NCBI RefSeq assembly: GCF_036971445.1
Contig: NC_091469.1
Coordinates: forward strand, 421,538,001 to 421,602,000
Length of the DNA: 64,000 nucleotides
Reading direction: 5' to 3'
Origin: Narcine bancroftii
Lineage: Eukaryota
The notes under the pieces were generated by a model, which made no database searches, was not told where the DNA came from, and saw nothing but the letters and a program-made list of their open reading frames with translations. Numbering within the stretch: position 1 is the first letter of the stretch; the number at the start of each line of letters is the position of its first letter. Positions 53,052 through 64,000 of this stretch are shown here, piece by piece. The position numbers and the translations under genes were made by a program.

Positions 53052-53768
53052 TAGTGCCGGATTAAGGTATTGTAGGGCCATAAATTGTGCCAGATGATGT
53101 ATGCGCATTCCTAAATGGTGCTGGCTGGTGCATGTGCAGTGATGGGGGAAGCACCCCCACTGAAATTACATCCCCAGCCTCCCCTCCTCTCCCCTCCCCT
53201 CGACGGGGGACGAGGAACTCTCCCTGATTGGCGGGATGGGGGACGTGACCTCTCCCTGCCCAGCGGGATGGGGAACGGGACTAGGGGACACGACCTCTCC
53301 CTGTCAAAACAAAACTCATGGTGGCGATGGTAACAGTTGGCAGCATGTGGGATCATTGGCCATCTTTGTTACCCATAATCCCCCATGCAGCTGGAACCGC
53401 TCTGTGTTTCCCTGGCTCTGACGCTGTCAGAGTGGTTCCAGCTGCTCGGGGGATTATGAGTAACCAAGATGACCATTTCTCTTGCATTGAGCTGGCCTGT
53501 GAGCTGCCAGGGATAGTCTGTGTTAATAACCCTGATTATATTTAAGGTGAGTAATTTTAGCCAATTATCACCTTTAATTGGGGTTATTAACACAGATTAT
53601 CAATTAAAGGTGATAATTGGCTAAGATCGCTCACTTTAAATTTAAGTTGCTGCACAAAGATGAAAAATAAAATATTTCTCATAATTCATCATATATAAAT
53701 GTGGGGGCCCTTGAAATTATGGGGCCCGTTGCATTTGCTACTTTCACAACTATGTTAATCTGGCCCTG
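53052..53768. mobile_element. Non-autonomous hAT-type DNA element (about 717 bp) inserted in the CR1 tail
   Basis: TIR-like TAGTGCCGGATTAA and CAGGGCCAGATTAA (reverse complement); flanks GTTCTTTG and GTTCTATT match at 6/8. Confidence 0.7.
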
Positions 53769-54654
53769 GTTCTATTGGACAGGTTTTAGTGGTAGAGTTC
53801 TAGATTCATAAAGAGAAACCGGCACTTTGTCCCACTGAAGACATAACTGACCTTCAACCCAGATAGTTTTTTTTAACTAATCCTGTCGTTATCCATTTTA
53901 CTCTCCCCATATTTCAATCAATGCATCTCCACAAATCAATAGAGCAACACAAGTAATGTCCACATTTCCTGCAGGAAGGCTATCTGTAAATTTGCCATTA
54001 TGGGATCTCCCTGTCACCAGAACTCAACAAAGATTTTATGCTTTAAAATTGTATTGTTCATATCGTGATGTAGCACCATTTTCATGGCCTTCCTCCTCCT
54101 CTATTCTCACTCTTGTTTCTGAATTTTTTATTAAAAGGAAGGTGAAAGCTATGTGGCCACCTCCCTGCACAGCCCCTCTCTGTACATGTTTGTTCTTGAC
54201 CACTTGTTGGCCACCCTTCTTCACACTTTCTCCTCAAATCTGATGACCAATGCCTCACTATGTTAACTGTTAGTTTAAACTACCACATCCATCTTCAGAC
54301 TTACCTGCTTATTTATTCCTTCAATGACCAATAAATCTTCACTTAATTTTGTCTTCTAAATCTATTGATTTCTCTGTAGATCAGGATTATGTTTTTTTGC
54401 AAGCACAGGACTGGTCTATCAGACTCAAACACTGCTTTTGCGTTCTGCTATTCAGTTGCTAATATGTTAAAGTCTCTATTTAGCCTTCCTGCCTCTGCTG
54501 TTTTGCCTGTCACTGGCTTAGCTGTCCTACTGGTTTTTCAGCTTTACCTACAGTCTGTTTCCTGGCTCGAGTTTCATGTTTCACAGAGCCAAAGTACATC
54601 GCTCCATCAGGCATGGATCTGATGGCAAACTCTGACTTGGTCATTTTATTTTAA

Positions 54655-54784
54655 NNNNNNNNNNNNNNNNNNNNNNNNNNNNNNNNNNNNNNNNNNNNNN
54701 NNNNNNNNNNNNNNNNNNNNNNNNNNNNNNNNNNNNNNNNNNNNNNNNNNNNNNNNNNNNNNNNNNNNNNNNNNNNNNNNNNNN
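54655..54784. other. Assembly gap (130 N)
   Basis: Run of N. Confidence 1.
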
Positions 54785-56223
54785 AGGAGAACATGAATCA
54801 GTCCTCATCGAGTGGTCAACAGTAGAAAGGGTTAAGAACTTCACATTCCTGGGTGTCAATATATCTGAATATCTCCTTGAACCTTCATCTTGATGCAATC
54901 ATGAAGAAGACTTGCCAACGGCTATACCTCGGGAGGAGTTTTGGTATGTCACCAAAGTCTCTTTCAAATTTATACAGGTGTATCTTTTACAGCATTCTGA
55001 CTGGTTCCATCACTACCTGGTATGGAGGGGCCGATGCATAGGACAGGAAATGGCTACAGAGAATTTTGAACTCAGCCAGCACCATCATGGGCATTAGTCT
55101 TCACTCCTTTAAGGACATCTACAAGAGAGTAGGACCTTTTATAGAGCGAAAAAAGCGACCGAGATTCTCCGCGCCTATGTTGCTGAACTTACCATCATAA
55201 ATACTCCGTGAGTGGCTGCAAGGTGCCGACTCCAATCCCTCTTCAACCTAATGTCAGTGGTGGAGTGGAGCACTCCGCCACACATCATAAATATGCTGCT
55301 GTTACAAGGGGCTGACTAGGGGTGGGCTGACACTATTAACTCTTGACTCAGGAGCCATCCCAGAGGTCCCACGGTGATTGGTGCTGGGGTTAGGGCTCCT
55401 TCCTGCCTCCCAGAAATGCTTTCTTCTTTTTCCCCCTCCTCCCCTTGCTCCTTCATCAAGGCTGTCGAGACCGAGGAGCAGGAGAGCAGCGAGGAGCTGG
55501 AGAGAGCCTGAGGCCCAGTGGGGGTAAAGAGAGTTGGAGGTCTCCAAGCTGTCAGGGCCAGAGAGCGAAGTGACCAGTGTACTGAGTTCCACAGCCTTGG
55601 AAGAAGGAGAACAAATGCTGAAGGATGGAGATGGTGAAGAAGAGCTGAGGAGTCCAATAGATGCAAGAGGGGAGCGAAGATCTGAAGGGGCAGCACTAGG
55701 CAGAGGAGCTGGAAGAATGATCAATGGCTGTTGTTGTTACCCATAATTCCCCATGCAGTTGGAACCACTTTGCATTTCACATTGTTTGGTGTGCATGTTA
55801 GACCTCATGGCGACGGGCAGTGCTACATCACCACTCGTCCTGCCTCCATAAACTCTGGAGGATGTGATGAGGTGCCACTCTTCATAAAAGTGGCACAGGA
55901 GTATCCTTTTAGGGGTGTTCCCTAAAAAGGTAAGATCAAATTTTTCATGGCGGAGGCCCGGCATAAAAAGCAGCCTCTGTCATTAAGGACCCTCATCACT
56001 CAGGCCATGTCCTCTTCACATTGCGACCACTGGGGAGGAGATACAGGAGCCTGAAGACGAACTCCCATTGGCACAGCTTCTTCCCCACTGCAATAAGATA
56101 TCTGAATGGACAATGAACCACAGATTTTCTCTCCTTTTGTATTACTTTATTTATTTTTAAATTTAATTCTGCTGCAAAACAACGAGTTTTGTGTTCTTTA
56201 CATGACAATAAATTTTGATTCTG
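54785..56223 (+). mobile_element. Rex1/Babar fragment interrupted by an insertion of about 840 bp
   Basis: VKNFTFLGVNI and NLYRCIFYSILTGSITTWYG; DIYK (about 55125) resumes as AASVIKDPHH at about 55970; tail AATAAATTTTGATTCTGA. Confidence 0.85.
55128..55970. mobile_element. GC-rich insertion of unknown class, possibly a non-autonomous DNA element
   Basis: Interrupts a Rex1 reading frame, has weak terminal inverted similarity (CCTTTTATA and CATAAAAAG) and shares a module with the two hAT-type elements. Confidence 0.45.
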
Positions 56224-56354
56224 AAAAGATTCTCTCTCCTGTTATCATGCCTCCTTTCTTTTCTCTTTGGTTCTCTGTCCTCCCAAATGCCAGCACCCCT
56301 TCATCTTACAGGCAGGGAATGGGAGGGTACATAACATGGGCAGCCAAATGGGAT

Positions 56355-57295
56355 TAGTTCACAGTCAGGACTGTTTGCTCAACCCTCTCCTGTTCACACT
56401 ACTGATGCACAACTGCATCACCAAATCCAGCTCCAACAGTGTCATCAAGTTTGCAGATGACACAAAATAGTTGGCCTCGTCAGCAATGATGAGTCACAGT
56501 ACAGAGAAGAGGTGGAACACCTTCTGATACTGTGCAAGAGTAACAATCTGAGCCTCATTGTGGTCAAGACAAAGGAGATGATTGTGGAATTCAGGAAAAC
56601 CAGGAACGACCACCCTCCACTACACATCAATAAATCTGTAGTGGAGTGAGTGGAGAGCACCAAATTCCTCAGAGTTCACTTAAATAGTGACCTATCGTGG
56701 ACACACAACATCTCACTTGTCAGGAAGGTGCAACAGCGACTTTACAGTCTGAGAAGACTGAGGCGTACAAGGCTACCGGCCACCATCATGTCAACCTTCC
56801 ATAAGAGCTCTATCGAGAACCTCCTGGTCGGCTGCATCACAGTGTGGTATGGTTGCTGCAGAGAAATGGATTGAAGGTCAATCCAGAAGTGCATAAGAGT
56901 GGCAGAGTGACATGATCTACCGGAATCCTCTAAAGAGGGTGCGCAAAATCATTGAGGTCCCTTCCAACCTGCACACAGCGTCTTTCAGCTGCTCCCATCA
57001 GGAAAGAGATACAGGAATATTAGAGCTAGCTCCACCAGGCTGAGGAACAGCTTCTTCCCATGGGCAGTGAGAATGCTGAATGAACAAACAAACTGCTCAC
57101 ACTAATCATCTGAGATTCTCATATTTATGAAACAATATTTATTTATTTGTATATATGAATACTTGTCCTACATATGTATTGTTTGCCTGTATGTGTATTA
57201 TGTCTGTTAATGTATCTGCATGTTTTTCACCGAAGACTGGGGAATGCTGTTTCTTCAGGTTATACTTGTGACAATAAACTTGACGTGACTTGAGT
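56355..57295 (+). mobile_element. Rex1/Babar LINE 3' portion
   Basis: QDCLLNPLLFTLL, VIKFADDTK, RKVQQRLYSLRRL; tail GACAATAAACTTGA. Confidence 0.92.
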
Positions 57296-58859
57296 CAGCA
57301 GCAAGGATAATACAGACACTATGGTCCGAAGAGCCTGTCCTGTGAAATCCTGTTTTATATACTGTGTTCCAAACACTCTCATTTCTTATGTTTTTATATT
57401 TTCTTATGAGATTGGAGACCAATCAGCCCATGAGATCTATGCTGGATCCCATCTATCTCTTCCATGATATTTTTCCCTGTAGCCTATTGTATTCTTACTT
57501 AAACTTAGGCCATCAAGAGTTAGCATAATCCTGCAACTTCCTCTGTATTTTCTTGATGTCCTTGATGTGAACATGAAACCACTTCTCATTGCCTTAACTA
57601 TCAGCTCAACATATTAAATGAAGGTTAATTAATAATGATAATCCTCCACTACGATTCACCTTATGAATGCTACTTGTGGGCTTTGCTAATAGGTCAACTA
57701 TTTCTATAACATCCACCAGAATGTCAATTTTTCTGCAAGGACAATACCATTCATGAGTTTTTTTTTGTGGATAGTTACATCATGATTAACGGACAGACTT
57801 GTTTTTGGTGACAAATAATGATCCCATCCACCTCAATGAAATCTTATCAACTGATTATATTTTTCCTCCTGTCCAGACAAATATAGTAGATATGTTGCTT
57901 TTGTTGCTAAACCCTATCTTTGTTTGATCTCTATTCATCTGAATCACTCTTCTTCTTCACACATCTAACTTTTTTCCAATCCTCTAGCCTCTCAGTTAAT
58001 ATCCACCTGCTGTGTGTGGAGGAAACGTGGCCTCCATGCCCATCTGGAATGTGTGTATTGCAGGTGATCATGTGTCCTCCCTGTCTAAAATTTATTTGAA
58101 AGCCACATCACCTGTCAATCAAGGTTTGACTCCGGCCATCCATTAGTGCATACTTTGGTGATAGCTGATTTAAATCACTTAGGGCCATTATTGGCTAGAA
58201 GCACATATTAGCCCTGTATATAACCACCAAAGCACAGAACATTCCTTCTCTTTGCCTCGTGATCTATTGGACATTGCTTCATGCCAGGTCACTATTGTGG
58301 CCATCGCTGGAAGTTTCGCGGGTAAGGTACATTTTGCCTCAATCTGCCCTTACCTCTATTGCACTACACTGAAACTTAACTGTAGAATTGTGATAGATCA
58401 ATATTTTCAGAGAGACACACCCCTGTTGGTACAGTGAACCAGGTACGTGTAAGAGTCCCTGTTTGTACTCAAGTGTGTTAGAGTGTCGCATACAGGTTCA
58501 CTATTGTCAGAGTCCAACCTAGGTCTGAGGTAAATGTCTATATCATTGCTTAAGTGAAATAGTAATCAAGTACTGTTCTAAATTTTACCCTATTTGTCTC
58601 CTGTGCGTTAATTTTTTTAACATTTGTGTCCAGTCTCGTCGCTCTACGAACCAAATTAACCTGATACTCTTCCCACCACCTTCTAACCCATCTACCCACA
58701 TGCCAAAATAATTTTTTTTTATCATCAAGGCATTTGACTGTTTTCCACTTTCAGGTTCTGCTCCAAGTGATTTATATTCCATAATGTCTACATTGTAAGA
58801 TTCCTTGAAGACATTAAATCCTCAAATGATTGCAATTTCTCTCTCCTATTTGAGTCCCT

Positions 58860-59560
58860 GCAATGAACTCCATTTCCAAATCTTTCTCTGTGACATCTAT
58901 CTGAAACTGATTCAAACTACTTGCAATCTTGGTGTGATATTTAACCCTGGTCTGAGCTTTGGAACATACACCCTCACTCCCACTAAGCCTGCCTACTTCT
59001 ATCCTTGTAACCTTGTTTCACTCTGCCCTTATCTCTGTTCATCAGCTGCTATCCATCTCATCCATGTCTTTATTACCTCAAGAACTGATTAATCCATTGC
59101 ACTTTTGGCCTGTCTAATTCAGTCTTGACTCAAAATCTCCAGTTCATACAACATTGTTTTCCTCTCTCCACAGGTGCTAACCAAACTGAGCACTGATATC
59201 ATTTCTTGTGTCATATTTCTGGCTTGTCCTGTAGTTTTTTGATTTTGGTTTAAATTCTCAAAATTATTTTAAAATTCCTCTAAGGCTTCACTTGATTAAT
59301 ATATAATTTTTTCTCAAACTCAATGTTTCAGGTTCTCCATTCTCCTGCATCCCTGGCCTTTGGTCACCACTGACATTAATGATTTCATACCAGAGTTAGG
59401 TCCTCATTTTCCAACCTCCCCAAATGTCTCTGAATTACAAACTTTGTTCAAGATATTTCTCTTTGTCTTACTGTCTCATTAAATGGCTCAGCATCAGTTT
59501 TTGATTGATGTATGATAAATCCAGTGAAGCACCTTGGTATTTCCAGCAGCCAAAGTCTCA
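58860..59560 (+). mobile_element. Ancient L2 LINE fragment
   Basis: NLGVIFNPGLSF...AYFYPCNL...LIHVFITSRTD resembles the L2 motifs NLGVIFD and LIHAFITSRLDY. Confidence 0.7.
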
Positions 59561-60534
59561 ATATGCATTGATGTTTTATGTATTGCTTGGGACCGAATGC
59601 AAATCAAGAGGATGTTTGCCCAGCCTCAGCTGTTGATCAACGAACACAAGTTGATTGAACATGCAGTCACTCACATTTTAGGTTCAGACTGAAACCTGTA
59701 GCTGCTTTTAAATAAAACTAGTAAGTGAGGAGCAATCAAGTCAAGATTTTCAGTAACAATAAGTCATAAGCCACTCAAAAATTTCATGTTACAAACAATA
59801 AAGAGACTATATTAAGCTGTCTTTCATTCTATCTTCATCCTTGAAAAATGCTGTTCACTTTCTTGCCTCAACTACTGTGGAATTAGAATCTTAGGACAGC
59901 TCTATCAACTGTAGACTGTAGGTTGACTGACTGGTGACTGGCAATTATTCAGTTTTGACCTAAATGATCCAATGAAATACAAAACCATCTCAGCCTGATG
60001 GCCTGTGCCATAAGGATCAAACTGAATGAATTGGAAAGACACATGAGCAGAAGATATATAATGCTTCTTCAGAATAGTGCATCAAAAGCAATCCATATAC
60101 AACCCAGTATAATAGAGATAGAAGCTAATAATTTAAACAAATAAATAAAAGCACTGAGAACGGAGAAGTCAAGAAATACAAATAGAAGTAGGTGAAACTA
60201 GTCAGCAGGTCAGGTAGAACATGTGGACAGAGAAACAGCCTTTCTTAAGAAGGCCCTAGCCTTCAATTTATGTATTTTCCATGTTTTTATTAGCACATTG
60301 GATCTCTTCTGAAAAGTATTTATTGTCTATTTTCCCCAACCCAACTCATCCAAAGCACAGTTGCTCTTATCCTCTTTTTGATTAACTCTGCTCTTGCTCT
60401 TCAGTATTGGTTTTTGGTCACCAAAAACTTACATTCACTTTTTTTTGTTGTTGCCTCCTTTAAGTTTCTTATGTTCTTGGGTCTTCAGCTCTGCGCCAGC
60501 TTCGATCTGTGCTTCTCCTTCACATTCTTTGCTG

Positions 60535-62925
60535 GACCCTCCAACTCCAAGGCCACATGGATGCATCCATGTTCATGTCACTGGCACCATCCTGACCACA
60601 TCATCGTCAGAAGGAGGCAACTAGGTGCTGTCACCCACTGTCACAGCATGCACTCAGCTGACTGTAACACTGACCACACCCTCGTACAATGCAGAATTAA
60701 ACTGCAACCCAAAAAATTCCACAGGGCACCTTAGAACCACATCCCCGACTCAACCTGACCTCCTTTAAAGACTACTTGCACAGAGCAGTTCAGGGAGCTC
60801 CTCCGCAGCCACCCTGCACTGTGCACAGTTGATGAACAGCCCGACAACAACTGGACGAGAATGAAAAGCTGTTACTGCTCTTGCAAAAACTGCTTTTGGA
60901 ATCCAGAAATGAAACCAGCCTGACTGGTTCCGTGCAAGTGTGGACAAGTTTGTTTCAGTACTGTTGGAGAAAGGAGCAGCCCACCAAGAACTACAGCAAG
61001 ACCAGTCTGCTAAGCAGAAAGTTCAAAGAGCTACCAGGACAGCGATGCAGGAATACTGGAGAGATCTCAGTGAGCGCATCGAGAACATCAGAGGGATGTA
61101 CAGCGGAATCAAAGAAGCTCTAGATCCAGTACCTAAGAAAACTGCTCCACTCCGCGCTCTCAACGGGTGTCTCCTCACAGACCTTGACTCTCAACTACAC
61201 CACTGGGTTGAACATTACAGCTCTCTCTATGCAAAAACAGTCGATGTGGACCCTGACGTCATCAACAACACCTTGCTGCAACTAGCTGTCCTAGTGGAGC
61301 TAGATGCTGAATTTACCATCACCAATGTCAGAAAAGCAGTCCACTGCATGAAAAATAACAAATCACCTGGAATTGATGGTATCCCTTCTGAGATCTTGAA
61401 ACCTGGCGGTAAAGCGTTCATCTCCGAGCTCACAATACCATTCAAAACATACTGGCTCCACCGCTGCATCCCCAAAGATCTGCAGGATGTGAACATTGTG
61501 ACCCTTTACAAGAACAAAGATGGCCACCAAGACTGCAACAACTACCATGGCATCTCACTGCTCAGCCTTGTAGGCAAGATATTGTAATCCTCCCCCATCT
61601 GCAAACCATCACCAACAGAACACTGCCTGAAAGCCAATGTGGCTTTCGACTATCTCGATCAACTATCGATATGGTCTTCACCTTCTGCCAGCTGCAAGAG
61701 AGATGCATTGAATAACGCAGACCCCTCTATGTGTGCTTCATCGACCTCACCAATGACTATGTTAGTTGCTCAGGCCTATTCCATGTCTTAAAATGTCTTG
61801 GCTGCCCTAACATACTACTGTCCATCATCGTCCAGTTTCACAACAACATGCAGGCCACTGTCCAATTCAACGGCTCGAGATCAGAAGAGTTCCCAATCCG
61901 CTGTGGCGTAAAACAGGGGTGTGTGCTTGCTCCAGTTCTGTTTGGCATTTTCTTCTCTGCTCTTCTGTGCCGTGCCTTTCTGGAAGTTTCAGGCATAGCC
62001 CTGCAGACAAGGAACTCCGGAAAACTTTTTAATCTGTCATGGCATCGGGGCAAGACCAAAATCAGAAGAGTTATGTTTTGAGAACTGCTCTATGCAGATG
62101 ATGCTGCCTTCGTGGTTCACTCCCAGCCAGAGCTGCAAGCATTGTGTGATGCATTTGCATCTGCCTACACTGAATTTGGTCTGAATATTAGCCTGGGCAA
62201 GACAGTTGTCTTTAGCCAACAAACCCACGACACTCCATCAATTACCATCAATGGGTCAGTGCTCGCCAATGTACAGAAATTCTGCTACTTGGGCTCCACC
62301 ATGACAACAATGAACTCACTCGACGTAGAACTGGACACACACCTGGGAAAAGCATCCACTACCTTCAGATGCATCCGTGCCTGCGTGTGAGATAACTGCC
62401 ACCTCTCCACCAAGTTGAAGATTTGAGTCTACGAGGCCTGTGTGCTGAGTAATCTTCTCTACAACTGTGAATCCTGGGTCTCATACAGAAATCAAGAACA
62501 CTGCCTCAACACATTCCATTTCCACTGCCTCAGATCCATCCTAGGTTACTCATGGCGTGAGAGAGTCACAAACATCCAAGTCCTGGAGAAGACTGGAAGT
62601 ACGGACCTCTACTCAATCATGCATGCTTGCTGCCTTTGGTGGGCTGGCCACATTGTCCACATGGAGGATGGACGATTGCCCAAAGATATCCTCTATGGTG
62701 GGCTACCAGATGCTCCCCGCACTGTTGGCCACCTACGTCTTCGCTACAAAGACTTAATCAAGCGTGATCTCCAGTCATTCCATGTCAACCATACTGACTG
62801 GGAAGATCTCGCAAAAAATCACACTGCATGGCTTTCCGCGATTCACAGTGGCACATCACAATGTGTCAACAACTACAAAAAGTTCTGTAAGGGCAGAAGA
62901 GCTACAAGGCACCGTGCTCATTCAT
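60535..62925 (+). mobile_element. RTE-clade LINE, 5'-truncated, with stops and frameshifts
   Basis: TWMHP...HWHHPDH (endonuclease end), NKSPGIDGIPSEILK, DCNNYHGISLLS, GVKQGCVLAPVLF, LLYADDAA, WAGHIVHMEDGRLPKDILYG. Confidence 0.93.
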
Positions 62926-63659
62926 TTTTGCTCGTGAAGGGATGGGCCATGAATGAATGGGTCTTCATATTTCTCTACATTACTGTTATTGTAACTCGCC
63001 AGAAATTCATGTTCATTCAAATTTGTGTTCTTGTGCATTCCTAATTCTTTTACCTTACTTTTGATACTTGCAACATCAGCCAGCTAGGACCCACTCTCTG
63101 GAATTTCCCAATGACCAACTCTTCACTTTTCTTCAGGTCTCCAGAGAAAGCCCCCTCTTGTACCGAATGTTTGATCATCCATGCTCATTATTTCTCTAGT
63201 TGGGTCATGTTATGGATATGTGGATTTTCATTAAGCACTTTGGGAACAATTAAGTAGATAATAATTTTCCAACTATTATTTATATAGGGCCTCGGATGAA
63301 GCAAATATAATCTAAGTTGAACACTATGAAGCAAAATTTAAACAGTCTACAAAACTTGATTAAAGGATAAGATTTTAAGTGCTGTCTTAAAGGATGAAAG
63401 AGAGTTTAGAGATGGAATCACATTACTTTAGAGCTTTGGCAACTAAATACACAATGGCTAATGAAAGAATTACTAACTTAGAGATGCTCAAGTGGCCAGA
63501 ATTGGAGGATTGCTGGTATCTTGAAGTGTTACAGTATTGGTGGAGAAAACATAAACAGATAAGGATGATACTTTGGTGGGATTTGCAAACAAGTATGAGA
63601 ATTGAAAACTGAGGTACTTCTGACTGTGGGCTATGAATGTCAACAAGATAGCACTGTCA

Positions 63660-63782
63660 TATTTACAAAACAATATTTATTTGTATATACGAATAATTAT
63701 CCTGCATATTTATTGGTTGTGTGTTTGTTACGTCAGGTTGTACTTGTACAATCAAATGATAATAAACTTGACTTGTCTTGAC
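63660..63782 (+). mobile_element. Rex1 3' UTR and tail remnant
   Basis: Matches 45700-45867; ends AATAAACTTGACTTG. Confidence 0.75.
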
Positions 63783-64000
63783 CCTTGATGCCACACATGA
63801 TCAAAGTTCAAGGGCAGTCATGTTTACTCACCTTAGAGATTTAGATCTTTGGCCCACATTTGATGAGGTTAGGATCCAAGTGGTCCTGGCGAAACCCAAA
63901 CTGACTGTTGGTAAATTCCTAGCATTCAAAATTCCACATTTGAATGCATGTTGAATTACATTGGAGAGGATAAGTACTGAGAGGAGAGACTCTGCTAAAT

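Noticed and set aside
55302-55746. Overlapping 140, 126 and 70 aa ORFs
   Set aside because: Low-complexity purine-rich sequence inside an insertion, with no recognisable domain
60940-63044. 215-aa and 200-aa ORFs as a host gene or active reverse transcriptase
   Set aside because: Fragments of one RTE ORF broken by stops and frameshifts
27500-64000. Exons of the usual downstream neighbour skap2, or any CRISPR or prokaryotic system
   Set aside because: No recognisable exon, repeat-spacer array or operon structure seen

Overview
Vertebrate genomic DNA containing the 3' (anterior) end of a HoxA cluster on the + strand: hoxa3, hoxa2 and hoxa1, each with two coding exons joined in phase 1 (411, 363 and 325 aa). 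The proteins and the repeat content (CR1, Rex1/Babar, Penelope, a V-SINE, RTE) point to a cartilaginous fish; this is an inference. Positions 1 to about 31.4 kb show no recognisable transposons, keep many CpGs and carry recognisable cis-elements: DR5 RAREs at 8979 and 29407, the Hoxa3 r5/r6 Maf plus Hox/Pbx enhancer, the Hoxa2 exonic and intronic enhancers, and miR-10, let-7 and miR-99/100 seed sites. From about 31.5 kb onward the window is a CpG-poor field of decayed, often nested retrotransposons and non-autonomous DNA elements, with no intact protein gene. The most notable observations are (i) a candidate HOTAIRM1-like antisense first exon overlapping what looks like a decayed paralogue of the Hoxb1 r4 autoregulatory element, (ii) a hairpin module with ZNF143/Staf-like motifs shared by three different DNA elements, (iii) hammerhead-ribozyme-like cores in Penelope terminal repeats, (iv) an overlapping uORF on hoxa3 and (v) an extra DR5 at 10963. 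Comparisons to mammalian elements are from memory, not from a search. There are two assembly gaps (3108-3348, 54655-54784).
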